A stretch of DNA of 64,000 nt from Clostridium sp. CAG:567 (GTDB lineage: Bacteria > Bacillota > Clostridia > TANB77 > CAG-508), in the NCBI GenBank assembly GCA_000437855.1, contig FR902169.1, positions 4,810 through 68,809 of the forward strand, in the 5' to 3' direction. Both the position numbers and the translations under genes were made by a program. Of the stretch, positions 10,120 through 19,557 are shown one piece after another. The notes below the pieces were generated by a model. That model had not been told where the DNA came from, did no database searches, and was given only the letters and a program-made list of their open reading frames with translations. Within the stretch, counting starts at the first letter, position 1; each line of letters begins with the position of its first letter.

Positions 10120-11037
10120 TTATATTAACATTCCTAAAACTAAAATCCCAATATTGTCATTATATATTTCATCAAATTGAGATATCGGAAGTGGATTTTC
10201 ACCTATTCCTGCTTCTATTGTATAACCTGGCCTTTTATAATTTTGAATAAACCAATCTTTATATCCTGCAAAACTCGAATTATATGGCACATCTGTCAAA
10301 TTATAACCGCTAACTTTTTCAAATATTTTACCTATTTCATAACCATTTGGTGGATTAATATTTTGAAAATCCCAATAAATTTCTTTTCCCTGTGTATGAT
10401 ATGATATTGTTAGTTCAAAATTATTTTTTAATGTAAAATTGTATATTGCTAATGCTTCACTTTGTGTTAATGGACCTTCTCCCACAAAATTTTGAGGTGC
10501 AGGTTTTGTATATCCTTGTTCAAATTTTATTTTTCTAGCTTCTTGCCAACCTGCCGGAAATTGTAAATTCAAATCCACTCCATTAGAATTTGCTTTCCAA
10601 CCACTTGGAAATGGTATATTAGGAAATTCACTTGAAATTTTTAAATACTTTTTATATATATCACTATTTTTTTCAACTTGATTAGTAACTATATCTATTC
10701 CATCTGGATTCATCATTGGTAAGATGTATAAAGAAACATTATTAAATAATTTTCGTGCATTTTGACCAAATATTCTACTATTTAGAACATAGCTTTGACA
10801 AAAGTTTTCTACAAATTTCATAAGAAAAATACAACATATATACTCATTTGCATGCATTCCTGCATTATACATTATCTTTCTTCTTCCGGTTCCTATTTTT
10901 ATGTATGGAAGCTGTTTGCCAAGTGTACTAAAGCCTATATTTCCTACTTCTAAAAAATTGTATTTACTTTTTAATTCTTGTATGTTTTTCATCATTAGTG
11001 AATAATAGTATTTTTGATTTGTTGGAACAATACTCAT
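10120..11037 (-). CDS. M14-family zinc carboxypeptidase (gamma-D-glutamyl-diamino-acid peptidase-like)
   Basis: 305 aa. Zinc-ligand pattern HANEY ... YHTQG and catalytic Glu context YTIEAG. Confidence 0.75.
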   Translation of the reverse strand: MSIVPTNQKYYYSLMMKNIQELKSKYNFLEVGNIGFSTLGKQLPYIKIGTGRRKIMYNAGMHANEYICCIFLMKFVENFCQSYVLNSRIFGQNARKLFNNVSLYILPMMNPDGIDIVTNQVEKNSDIYKKYLKISSEFPNIPFPSGWKANSNGVDLNLQFPAGWQEARKIKFEQGYTKPAPQNFVGEGPLTQSEALAIYNFTLKNNFELTISYHTQGKEIYWDFQNINPPNGYEIGKIFEKVSGYNLTDVPYNSSFAGYKDWFIQNYKRPGYTIEAGIGENPLPISQFDEIYNDNIGILVLGMLI

Positions 11038-11085
11038 AAAAAATCACCTGCTATAATTTATTCAAATTAAGCAGGTAATGTGATT

Positions 11086-11799
11086 TTATTGTTTTAACTT
11101 ACTATAACCATTGCTATAGTCTATTTCTATATTTGGTTGTACATTATAAATATACACATTAAAGCATATTTCATTATTTTCTACAGACTGTGCTTCTATT
11201 TGTACTCCACTTGCCACTAAATTGTTTCCTTCAAATATTGGAGTTACCCTGTATAGTACATGATTATTTTCATTTTCTTTTAAATAGTTTAATACCTTTG
11301 TTTCAAATGGTAACATTCCGCTTGTGTTAAAATAATTGGTTCCTGTTATAAGGTTTTGTTTATTCGCATTTTCTGCTGATAAACTATACGCAATTAAATG
11401 ACAACGATTATATAAGCTTTTTCCATTATACTCTACACTTTGCCAACCAGATGGATATATATGACTAATTGATGTTCTTTTTTCTCCTTCTTTTGGCATT
11501 GTATCTTTTCCTAAATTTGCATACGCAACTCCACATCTACCCAGTTTGTCTAATTTGCTGTATTTTTCAAAGCATTCATTTGTTAAATCACTTTGTTCAA
11601 AATTTGGAATATTATTATTTATTGTTACATATATTTCTCCATTGTATTCTGGAATTTCGCCTAAATTATAAGATACTTCCTGAGTTGCATTATCTAATAC
11701 ATTTTCATCTAGCTCAATATTTCCGAAATAAACTCCTGTAATTATTGCAATTAAAAATATTATACTTGTAATTAATTTTTTTGTTTTTCTTTTGCTCAT
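11086..11799 (-). CDS. Secreted/membrane-anchored DNA/RNA non-specific endonuclease
   Basis: 237 aa with an N-terminal signal/anchor. NRCHLIAYSLS...NKQNLITGTNYFN resembles the Endonuclease_NS_2 / DNA-entry nuclease active-site region. Confidence 0.7.
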   Translation of the reverse strand: MSKRKTKKLITSIIFLIAIITGVYFGNIELDENVLDNATQEVSYNLGEIPEYNGEIYVTINNNIPNFEQSDLTNECFEKYSKLDKLGRCGVAYANLGKDTMPKEGEKRTSISHIYPSGWQSVEYNGKSLYNRCHLIAYSLSAENANKQNLITGTNYFNTSGMLPFETKVLNYLKENENNHVLYRVTPIFEGNNLVASGVQIEAQSVENNEICFNVYIYNVQPNIEIDYSNGYSKLKQ

Positions 11800-11807
11800 T
11801 TTTTCAC

Positions 11808-12362
11808 CTATTTTATATATTTTCCATTTACTCTTTTTACTATATCTCCAACATTAAAGTCTGGATATAATTCTTTATATGTATATATTGAACCACTTCC
11901 ATTTTCATGTGTTAAATAAATTTTATCATCAGTTATTTTTTGCACTACAAAATTAGTATTTTCGTTGTCTCTTAATACTCCATACAAATCATCTAATTTG
12001 TACCAAGCATCATCACTTTTTATATCTATTTCTCCATTATATAACTCACATTTATCTCCATTTAACTGTACTTTTTGACCTGAGTATAGATTATAAAAAT
12101 CTAATTTATTCATTTTATATATATTTTCATAAATTCCATGATTATGTAATTTCTCCAGTTCATTTTCAGTTGTATATATGTATATATCTTCTTCTTTTCC
12201 ATTTTCAGGATTCAGCAATGTTATTTTTTCATTGTCTAAACCATATACTACCCCTATATTCATATTATTCCCCTTATCTAAAGCTTTTGCTAATTCATTA
12301 ACGAAACTTGATACAAAATTTTTAGTTTCATTACCTAAAAGATTAAAAATTTCTAAATTCAT
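11808..12362 (-). CDS. Hypothetical cytoplasmic protein, co-transcribed upstream of the nuclease
   Basis: 184-aa ORF, 8-nt gap to the nuclease gene, no signal peptide. Two small beta-rich repeats ending ...GDIVKRVNGKYIK (DUF3006-like flavour). Confidence 0.5.
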   Translation of the reverse strand: MNLEIFNLLGNETKNFVSSFVNELAKALDKGNNMNIGVVYGLDNEKITLLNPENGKEEDIYIYTTENELEKLHNHGIYENIYKMNKLDFYNLYSGQKVQLNGDKCELYNGEIDIKSDDAWYKLDDLYGVLRDNENTNFVVQKITDDKIYLTHENGSGSIYTYKELYPDFNVGDIVKRVNGKYIK

Positions 12363-12498
12363 AAATTTCCTTTCAAGAATTAAATATTTTTTTAATAAAA
12401 TTTTCTTTAATATATCACATATTGTGTATTATTTACAATGCTTTTTTATTGCTTATTGATTTTTTTAATGATACAATTTATTAAAAGTTGGTGAAAAA

Positions 12499-12804
12499 AT
12501 GTATTATACATATATGTTAAGGTGTGCAGATAATTCAATTTATACTGGAATGACAAATGATTTAAATAAAAGAATAAATGAGCATTTAACTAAAGATAAA
12601 AATGGTGCAAAATATACAAAATCACATAATGCTGTAAAACTTGAATCTGCTTGGAAAAGTAAAGATAAATCTTTGGCTTGTAAATTAGAATATCAAATAA
12701 AAACTCTTTCAAAAATGCAAAAAGAGTCTTTAATAAATGGCGAAAAATTGTCTAATTATTTAAGTGGGAAAGTTGATTGTAGAAGATATAAAAGAATTGT
12801 TTAA
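12499..12804 (+). CDS. GIY-YIG nuclease family protein (UPF0213-like)
   Basis: YYTYMLRCADNSIYTGMTNDLNKRINEH is the GIY-YIG signature. Confidence 0.85.
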   Translation: MYYTYMLRCADNSIYTGMTNDLNKRINEHLTKDKNGAKYTKSHNAVKLESAWKSKDKSLACKLEYQIKTLSKMQKESLINGEKLSNYLSGKVDCRRYKRIV

Positions 12805-12818
12805 TTTAGTGAGATAAA

Positions 12819-12846
12819 AAAGTGGTAAGATTTTTCTTACCACTTT
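12819..12846 (+). terminator. Terminator of the GIY-YIG gene
   Basis: 12-bp stem aaagtggtaaga/tcttaccacttt with loop tttt. Abuts the left att repeat. Confidence 0.6.
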
Positions 12847-12850
12847 ATAC

Positions 12851-12866
12851 TTATGGTCGAGGCGAC
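12851..12866. repeat. att repeat (left), duplicate of the tRNA-Pro 3' end
   Basis: TTATGGTCGAGGCGAC, identical to 23148-23163. Confidence 0.85.
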
Positions 12867-12921
12867 TTGTTTTTCACTTCGTCAACCTCTTATATATCAA
12901 ACGTTTCATACGTTATTTCAA

Positions 12922-12942
12922 TTCTAGAACATAATTCTAGAA
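12922..12942. repeat. Two TTCTAGAA palindromes (candidate arm-type/accessory protein sites)
   Basis: ttctagaa at 12922-12929 and 12935-12942. The same 8-mer occurs four times at the other end of the element. Confidence 0.6.
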
Positions 12943-12994
12943 AAAACTAGCTTTTCGGTCTTATTATTCCTTCTACGTCATTCCTTAGTATTTT

Positions 12995-14380
12995 CTAAGG
13001 ATTTAACGATTTTTCTTCTTTTGTATATTCGTTGATAGAATCACCCAAAAGCATTTTAACACTATCAACATATTTTTGCAACTCTTTTCGTTGCGTTTCT
13101 ATTGGAAGATCTGTGTAAGTGTCCATTGTTTGCCTTATATCCGAATGTCCTAAAGTTTCTTCCATAACTTTATAGTCAATTCCAACAGAGTAACTATTTG
13201 TAGAATATGAATGTCTTAATTTGTGATTATGTGCATTATCTTCAATTCCAATAAACTTACAAATTCTTTTTAAACAGTCATTTAAAGTACTATCAGTAAA
13301 AACATTACCCTTTTTATTACAAAATAACAAATCGTTTTCATTTGGTTTCATATTTTTAATGGCATGTTCTAAAACTGGCTGTGTTAATTCAGTAAGTACA
13401 ATATCACGCTCTCCACTTGGTGTTTTTGTTCTATCTCCTAAAATAGTATGTCCTTGTTTATCCAAAGTTGTAGTTCTTTTTATGTGTAATAACCCATTTT
13501 CTAAATCTACATCTTGTTTTTTTAAACCTAAAACTTCTCCAATACGTAACCCACAATGAATTGCTATTAAATATTCATCTCTATGTGAATATTTAAAATC
13601 TGGACTATAAAGATATATTAGTAATTTTTTAAAATCCTCAATATTAAAAGATTTTACTTTCTCTGTTTTTATAATACTTTGAGGCATTTTTATTCCATAA
13701 TATCCAGCAAAATAATCTTCTTCAATAAATTTTCTTTCTTTTGCTATTCCAAAGGCTTGTTTTAATAATTGATAATCTTTTCTCAATGTGTTTTGAGCAT
13801 ATCCTTTTTCTCTCTCATAATTTAGGAAATCTTCAACATCTTTTCTTGATATTTTATCAATTTTTTTATCAAACCAAGAACCAGAGTTTCTTTTAACGCG
13901 TTTTAAAATCTCTGAATAAGTTCTGTATGTGTTATCATTGTTGGTTCCATTGTTATTTTTTTGTTTCATAAACTCAAGTGTTATTCCTTCAATTGTCATT
14001 GGAGATATTTTTTCTTTATTCGGTTTAGATTTTAATCCTCCTGGATTATCCTTTTTAAATTGTTCAGATTTATAAATTGCTTCATTTTGAGTTGCTCCTG
14101 TAAATTTTTTTCTAATTGTTTCTCCTGTTTCTTCATCAACTCCTACTACAATTGTTACACTATATTGCTCAGATATATAGAACTTATCGCAATGCTCGTT
14201 ATCGGAACAATTATGGCAATCTGGACATTTATTCATTAGTTTAAGATTTCTTCTGTGATTGCAAAAATCTTTGTTTAAGCATTTGCTACATTTAGGACAC
14301 ATAGGTCTATCATTTTTTACTCGTGCTTTTTTTACCAAATATGGTGCTTTTTCATTATAATTTTTCTTCCTTTTGGTCAT
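12995..14380 (-). CDS. int: Tyrosine-type site-specific integrase with Cys-rich N-terminal extension
   Basis: 461 aa. C-terminal catalytic residues in GLRIGEV...HKLRHSYSTN...LGHSDIRQTMDTYTD. N-terminus has two CX2CX2CX5C motifs. AAGGAG RBS. Confidence 0.9.
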   Translation of the reverse strand: MTKRKKNYNEKAPYLVKKARVKNDRPMCPKCSKCLNKDFCNHRRNLKLMNKCPDCHNCSDNEHCDKFYISEQYSVTIVVGVDEETGETIRKKFTGATQNEAIYKSEQFKKDNPGGLKSKPNKEKISPMTIEGITLEFMKQKNNNGTNNDNTYRTYSEILKRVKRNSGSWFDKKIDKISRKDVEDFLNYEREKGYAQNTLRKDYQLLKQAFGIAKERKFIEEDYFAGYYGIKMPQSIIKTEKVKSFNIEDFKKLLIYLYSPDFKYSHRDEYLIAIHCGLRIGEVLGLKKQDVDLENGLLHIKRTTTLDKQGHTILGDRTKTPSGERDIVLTELTQPVLEHAIKNMKPNENDLLFCNKKGNVFTDSTLNDCLKRICKFIGIEDNAHNHKLRHSYSTNSYSVGIDYKVMEETLGHSDIRQTMDTYTDLPIETQRKELQKYVDSVKMLLGDSINEYTKEEKSLNP

Positions 14381-14558
14381 TTTGTATTCTCCTTTTTCTT
14401 GTAAATTTCGAAGAATACCTTGTCAAATCAAGTTTTTTAGATTATAATAGATTTAGCAAGGTATTCTTGCTAAAGATAATTTTAAGTCTTAAGCTTATTG
14501 CTTAAGCAAAGTTTTGTATTGAAGATTTAAAGGGCAAATTTAAATCTTCTTTTTCTTT

Positions 14559-14741
14559 CTAGTTTTTTTCATTATTTAAATATTTTTTTAAGTTATCTTC
14601 ACTTATTAATAGTTTTCTTCCAACATATCTTGCACCAGACTCTTTCATTTTCATTATAGCATAAGCTGTTTCTTTTGTAACGTGTAATCCTTTGCAAATA
14701 TCTTGTGCTGAAAACATTTTAATTCCACACATATTTTCCAT
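14559..14741 (-). CDS. xis: Excisionase-type helix-turn-helix DNA-binding protein
   Basis: 60 aa, immediately upstream of int. FSAQDICKGLHVTKETAYAIMK...LLISEDNLKKYL matches the excisionase/MerR-like HTH pattern. AAAGGAGA RBS. Confidence 0.7.
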   Translation of the reverse strand: MENMCGIKMFSAQDICKGLHVTKETAYAIMKMKESGARYVGRKLLISEDNLKKYLNNEKN

Positions 14742-15102
14742 AGTATTTGTCTCCTTTCGTTTGTATTTTGTAATCTACATTTATCTCATACCCTAAATTA
14801 CACTGGGCTTTTACTGGTCGTTGATTTTTCAAATCTTTGGAATTTCACCACTACCCCATCAGGGCTAGCTACACTCTTTGCGTGCGATGGTACTTTTAAA
14901 CCACTCAAGCTGAGACTGTGTAGAAGAGCATTTCTGCTTCTATCCAGTAACGGATTATTCAATTTTCAATGTGCTATCCGTGATTAGTTTTTGCTAACCA
15001 TTTAATAACTACTAACAAATATTTTAGCATTAGCTATTGCATATGTCAATAGTTTGTGATAAAATATTTTCAATAAATAACAGAGAGTGACGGTGAGGTA
15101 AC

Positions 15103-16104
15103 ATGGAAAGATTTGAATTACGTTTAAAAAATCAATTTTTTATAAATAAGTTTAATAAATACAAATTTATGGCATACCAAGATTTAAGATTTAATCAAAA
15201 ACATAAAAGTTATGAAATTTATAATAGATATGAGAAAATCAAGTTAGGAGTTCAATTATGTGACTTTTTAAATACTGATTTTTCAGATTTAAATAGTATT
15301 AGAGAATTCATTGATAAATATGGTATTACAACAATAGCTCATCTATCTGATATAAAAATTTATCAGTATTATTCTGAAAAAGAATATAATGAAATGGTTG
15401 ATGATGTTATAAATAATTTAAAAAACAAATTAGAAATGTATAAAAATGCTTTCATTGCTGATATTACATATATCTATAATTTAAATGACTTAGAAGAATT
15501 GAATGATTTAACTACTATACAGAGATTACATATATTAAGAGATAGTAAAAAAGAATCTGAAGTAAGAAAATTATATGATTCAAATAATTTGAAATTAACT
15601 TTAAATAATTTTGGAGATTTTACAGAGTTTTCTATAACAAGAGAAGATGACGCACAAGAGATTGCAAAAAATGTTAATACAGATTATTTAAATACATATT
15701 GTTTTGAGAGCAATGATATAATTCAAACATTTATAATTGAATTATTTGAAATGACTGAAATAGAAAGTACGGCTATTAAAAAATGTAAGAATTGTGGCAA
15801 ATTCTTTGTTCCAGATAATAGAGTTGATGAGTTGTATTGTAATAGTATTTATGAAAATAATAAAACTTGTAAAGAGGTTGGACCTTTTAGAACTAAACAA
15901 AAGCTTATGCAAGAAAACGATGATTTAAGAATTTATAGAAATGTTTATCAAAAGTTATTATTAAGAACAAGAAGAAATCCTAATAATGACCAGTATGAAA
16001 GAGATTTCCATGAATTCAAACAAAAAAATATCGAATTAAAGGAAAAGGTTGAAGAAGGAAAATTAACTCAAGCTGAATATATGGAATGGCTTGAGAAACA
16101 ATAA
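15103..16104 (+). CDS. Hypothetical protein with C-terminal Cys cluster (DUF6076-like)
   Basis: 333 aa. C-terminal CKNCGKFFVP...YCNS...CKEV cluster. A TTGCAT-17-TAAAAT promoter lies at ~15037-15066. Confidence 0.5.
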   Translation: MERFELRLKNQFFINKFNKYKFMAYQDLRFNQKHKSYEIYNRYEKIKLGVQLCDFLNTDFSDLNSIREFIDKYGITTIAHLSDIKIYQYYSEKEYNEMVDDVINNLKNKLEMYKNAFIADITYIYNLNDLEELNDLTTIQRLHILRDSKKESEVRKLYDSNNLKLTLNNFGDFTEFSITREDDAQEIAKNVNTDYLNTYCFESNDIIQTFIIELFEMTEIESTAIKKCKNCGKFFVPDNRVDELYCNSIYENNKTCKEVGPFRTKQKLMQENDDLRIYRNVYQKLLLRTRRNPNNDQYERDFHEFKQKNIELKEKVEEGKLTQAEYMEWLEKQ

Positions 16105-16190
16105 AATTATAAATTTATTTTTACCAATCACCACCAAATCAATTAACCTATGGTGGCAATTAGGTAAAAATATCTATGGAGGTTTTGAAT

Positions 16191-17159
16191 ATGGAAAATT
16201 ATCCACCTTATACGATAACTGACAAAATGTTAAATTATGTATCAGATATAATGAAAAAAATTGGAGAAGCTAATTATTTTGAAAGTTTAAATAGATATCC
16301 TGAATTAAGAAGAAAATCAAGGATTAGGTCAATTCATTCTTCTTTGGCAATAGAAAATAATCAACTATCATTATTTCAAGTTGAAGATGTAATAAATGGA
16401 AAAATGGTAATCGGAGACCAAAAAGATATTCAAGAAGTAAAAAATGCTTATGAAGCCTATGAACAAATTGATAAAGTAAATCCTTATTCTGTAGAAGATT
16501 TAAAGAAAATACATGGAATATTAACTTTTCTAGTTGAAAAAGATGCAGGAAAATTTAGAAATCATGGGGAAGCTGTTTATGATGGGAATGTTGAGATTTT
16601 TATGGCACCACCACATAGATTAGTTCCAACTTTAATGGATAATTTATTTAATTGGATGAATGAAGTTAAAGACACCATAAATCCACTTATACTATCTTCA
16701 GTATTTCACTATGAATTTGTATTTATACATCCATTTTCTGATGGTAATGGTAGAACTGCAAGAATTTGGCAAACTGCAATTTTATCACATTGGGAAAAAG
16801 CTTTTACTTATTTACCTATTGAAAGTATGATAAAGAAGAGTCAAAATGAGTATTACAAAGTAATTGATAATTGTAATAAAGCTGGAAATGCTACTGAATT
16901 TATTGAGTTTATGCTTAAAATGATAGATGATACAATTGATGAAATAACAAAAACTACTACACAAGAAACTGCACAGGAAACTACACAAGAAAAAATTTTA
17001 AAGCTTATAAAAAGTAACCCTAGTATAACTCAAACTCAAATGGCAAAAGTTCTTGGTATTACTAGGGATGGTGTTTCTTATAATATAAAACAATTAAAAG
17101 ATAATGGTATTATTGAAAGAGTCGGAGCAACAAAAAATGGATATTGGATTGTAAAATAA
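16191..17159 (+). CDS. Fic-family protein (AMPylase-type Fido domain) with C-terminal winged-HTH
   Basis: Canonical HPFSDGNGRTAR motif (16728-16763) and N-terminal inhibitory-helix motif S-LAI-E-N (16341-16358). The start is moved from the track's 16176 to ATG 16191, 8 nt after GGAGG. Confidence 0.9.
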   Translation: MENYPPYTITDKMLNYVSDIMKKIGEANYFESLNRYPELRRKSRIRSIHSSLAIENNQLSLFQVEDVINGKMVIGDQKDIQEVKNAYEAYEQIDKVNPYSVEDLKKIHGILTFLVEKDAGKFRNHGEAVYDGNVEIFMAPPHRLVPTLMDNLFNWMNEVKDTINPLILSSVFHYEFVFIHPFSDGNGRTARIWQTAILSHWEKAFTYLPIESMIKKSQNEYYKVIDNCNKAGNATEFIEFMLKMIDDTIDEITKTTTQETAQETTQEKILKLIKSNPSITQTQMAKVLGITRDGVSYNIKQLKDNGIIERVGATKNGYWIVK

Positions 17160-17192
17160 AATTGAAATAATAAAGTATAAAGGAGTTAAGTA

Positions 17193-18941
17193 ATGAAAGA
17201 ATCAATAAAAAACATAATAATATCAATATCAATAATTATAATTGCTATTCTAATATCTTTATTTTTTATAAATAATTCTAATACTTCACTTAACAATAAA
17301 AAGAGTAAGGGAATAGGCATAGGCAGTAGGACAATAAATATTAATATTTTAGATAATAAAATACTTTGTGAAGATGTAATATTGTTTAATATGCATTCAA
17401 GAGAAGAACTTAAGTACAAGTTTTTTCAAGAATATGATTATTTGAACAATACCAAGCTTTATATAAACAATTCAGATAATTTTTATTCGACAAGTTTAAA
17501 AATGGATTTATTAAAAGGCTATATAAATATAGATAAAAGGTTATTAAATGGTTTAAAAATCACAGATAAAAATGTAAGTATAAAATTAACATATGAACTA
17601 GATCTAGATTATATTACAAGATACACAAATACAGATGTTTTACCTCTTTATATGGATTTAGAAAATATAGATTACTTAAATAATTTAACAATAAACTTGA
17701 ATTCAAATTATACAATTACAAATTTAACTGTAGATAATGCAGAAATAAGCAAAACTAAAGATGGATATGCTGTTAATATGAATAATATAAACAACAGTGA
17801 TGATATGAATATATTATTTAATATGAATACATATCTTAGTAACACAATAAATTCTGATTATGTTAATCCTAATATCTTAAAGGAAACTGAAGACTATGAC
17901 TATATTAATGAAAGAATATATATTTTAGTGATAATAATAACTATTTCTGTAATATTATTAATATTATCATTAATTATTAATAACCAAAAAAAGACTACTA
18001 ATTATCGAAGAGATACATCAAATTTAATTTCTCCAATCTTAGCTGAAGCTATCATAGATGGGAAAATTGGATTAAAGGAATTAATAATGACTACTATTGT
18101 AGAATTAAATATTAGAGGAAACATCAATATTATAAATAATGATACATTAGAACTAGTATCTTATGATAATCTTGAAATATATGAGCAAAGCATTGTAAAT
18201 CTTCTATTTAAAAATAAAACTATAAAATTTAGTGATATAAATAATACTTTTGCTAATTCAAATAAATCAACAATACAGTTTACTCAAAAAATGAGTTTAA
18301 TTAAAGAATGTTTATTAGAGAAAATTTATTCTATGAATATTTTTTCTAAGGGACTTACATTTTTAAATAAAGCTATTGGACTTTGTACTATTTTAATTAG
18401 CATAAATATGCCACAAATACTTTTGAATAATTCAAGTTCAATGAAAAAATTCTTTTTTATATTAAGTCTTCTTATTACTTTTTATTATATAAAAAGTAAT
18501 ATTGGCAAAAAGACTATAAGAGAAGAAATTATAACTAATAATAAAAGGCGAACGGTAATAGATATAAGAATAGTATTTCTACTTATATTAACGGTATTTA
18601 TAATAATAAGTACTTCTATAAGTGTTGCTAAATATCATATTGTATTTTTTATGTTTACATTACTTGCAATTTGTCTAAATATTTATATAGCATATCATAG
18701 TCAAGGTATCATCTTAACTAAAGAAGGAAAGGAAGAACAATTAAAGCTGGTAGAATTGAAAAATTATATAAATGATTATAGTTTAATCAGGAATAGAGAT
18801 TTAGAATCAGTTATTATTTGGGATAAATATTTAGCTTATGCAACAGCTTTCGGAATACCAAATAAGATTACAAATAGTATATATGAAGAATGGTATAATT
18901 TAAACATAAACTTACAAGTAGTAGAAAAAATACTGAGTTAA
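17193..18941 (+). CDS. DUF2207-like large membrane protein
   Basis: 582 aa: N-terminal anchor, extracellular domain, several TM segments, C-terminal WDKYLAYATAFGI typical of DUF2207. Confidence 0.6.
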   Translation: MKESIKNIIISISIIIIAILISLFFINNSNTSLNNKKSKGIGIGSRTININILDNKILCEDVILFNMHSREELKYKFFQEYDYLNNTKLYINNSDNFYSTSLKMDLLKGYINIDKRLLNGLKITDKNVSIKLTYELDLDYITRYTNTDVLPLYMDLENIDYLNNLTINLNSNYTITNLTVDNAEISKTKDGYAVNMNNINNSDDMNILFNMNTYLSNTINSDYVNPNILKETEDYDYINERIYILVIIITISVILLILSLIINNQKKTTNYRRDTSNLISPILAEAIIDGKIGLKELIMTTIVELNIRGNINIINNDTLELVSYDNLEIYEQSIVNLLFKNKTIKFSDINNTFANSNKSTIQFTQKMSLIKECLLEKIYSMNIFSKGLTFLNKAIGLCTILISINMPQILLNNSSSMKKFFFILSLLITFYYIKSNIGKKTIREEIITNNKRRTVIDIRIVFLLILTVFIIISTSISVAKYHIVFFMFTLLAICLNIYIAYHSQGIILTKEGKEEQLKLVELKNYINDYSLIRNRDLESVIIWDKYLAYATAFGIPNKITNSIYEEWYNLNINLQVVEKILS

Positions 18942-18989
18942 TTTTTAAAGTTTTATAGATACAATATTAATAAAAGTTATTATTATTTC

Positions 18990-19032
18990 ATAATAGCTAA
19001 AACTAGTAATTATTATTAGTTTTAGCTATTAT
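18990..19032. terminator. Bidirectional terminator inside the IME
   Basis: Perfect 16-bp arms ataatagctaaaacta/tagttttagctattat with an 11-nt loop, between convergent genes. Confidence 0.7.
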
Positions 19033-19155
19033 CTTCTTAACTATAATTATATTAATTTAAAATACTTTTAATATAATCTTTTTAAAAAATAATGACTTAA
19101 TGCATAATCAGCAATTAAAATAATTAAACCGATTAAGTTATGAAAAATCATTGAA

Positions 19156-19452
19156 TTACATCATTGAATTTTGTTGGATTTGTAATGATTTGTTTATTAA
19201 TGCATCATCTCCTACGTTATTAAATATACCACCAGATATTAGCAAGATTATCATTATGACAGTTAAAATAGTAGAAGCAACGATACCTATAGTGGAAAAA
19301 ATATTTTTTTCTTTCTTGCTAGAAATAATAGCTAATATTAATGCAATTATTTCAAATATTAATGCTATAATAATTCCTAAATTTGAATATAGTATCCATC
19401 CAATAATAAATAATAAAATTGAAATTATTCCTAATATTTTATACTTACTCAC
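19156..19452 (-). CDS. Small hydrophobic membrane protein (hypothetical)
   Basis: ~3 TM segments. The track's ATG (19461) is only 1 nt from GGAGG, so the in-frame GTG at 19452 (10-nt spacing) is the more plausible start. Confidence 0.45.
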   Translation of the reverse strand: MSKYKILGIISILLFIIGWILYSNLGIIIALIFEIIALILAIISSKKEKNIFSTIGIVASTILTVIMIILLISGGIFNNVGDDALINKSLQIQQNSMM

Positions 19453-19557
19453 CCTATTCATTCCTCCTTTTTGTTAAGTATAATATATTGGGTTATAGTT
19501 GTCAAATGTAACACGAATAATTCAATAATTTCATAACAAAATATGAATATTCTAAAT

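Noticed and set aside
14875-14884. GCACGCAAAG (minus strand), reminiscent of the ACGCAAAGC core of c-di-GMP-I (GEMM) riboswitches
   Set aside because: It is an isolated 10-mer. The partner GGCAAA/GNRA-tetraloop hairpin and the P2 CCGG pairing are absent, so the resemblance is probably coincidental.
19151-19477. 108-aa plus-strand ORF overlapping the small membrane protein gene
   Set aside because: It has no RBS and a TTG start. The minus-strand ORF has a GGAGG and fits the convergent-terminator layout. Both are hydrophobic simply because of A/T-rich codons, so even the minus call is only moderate.
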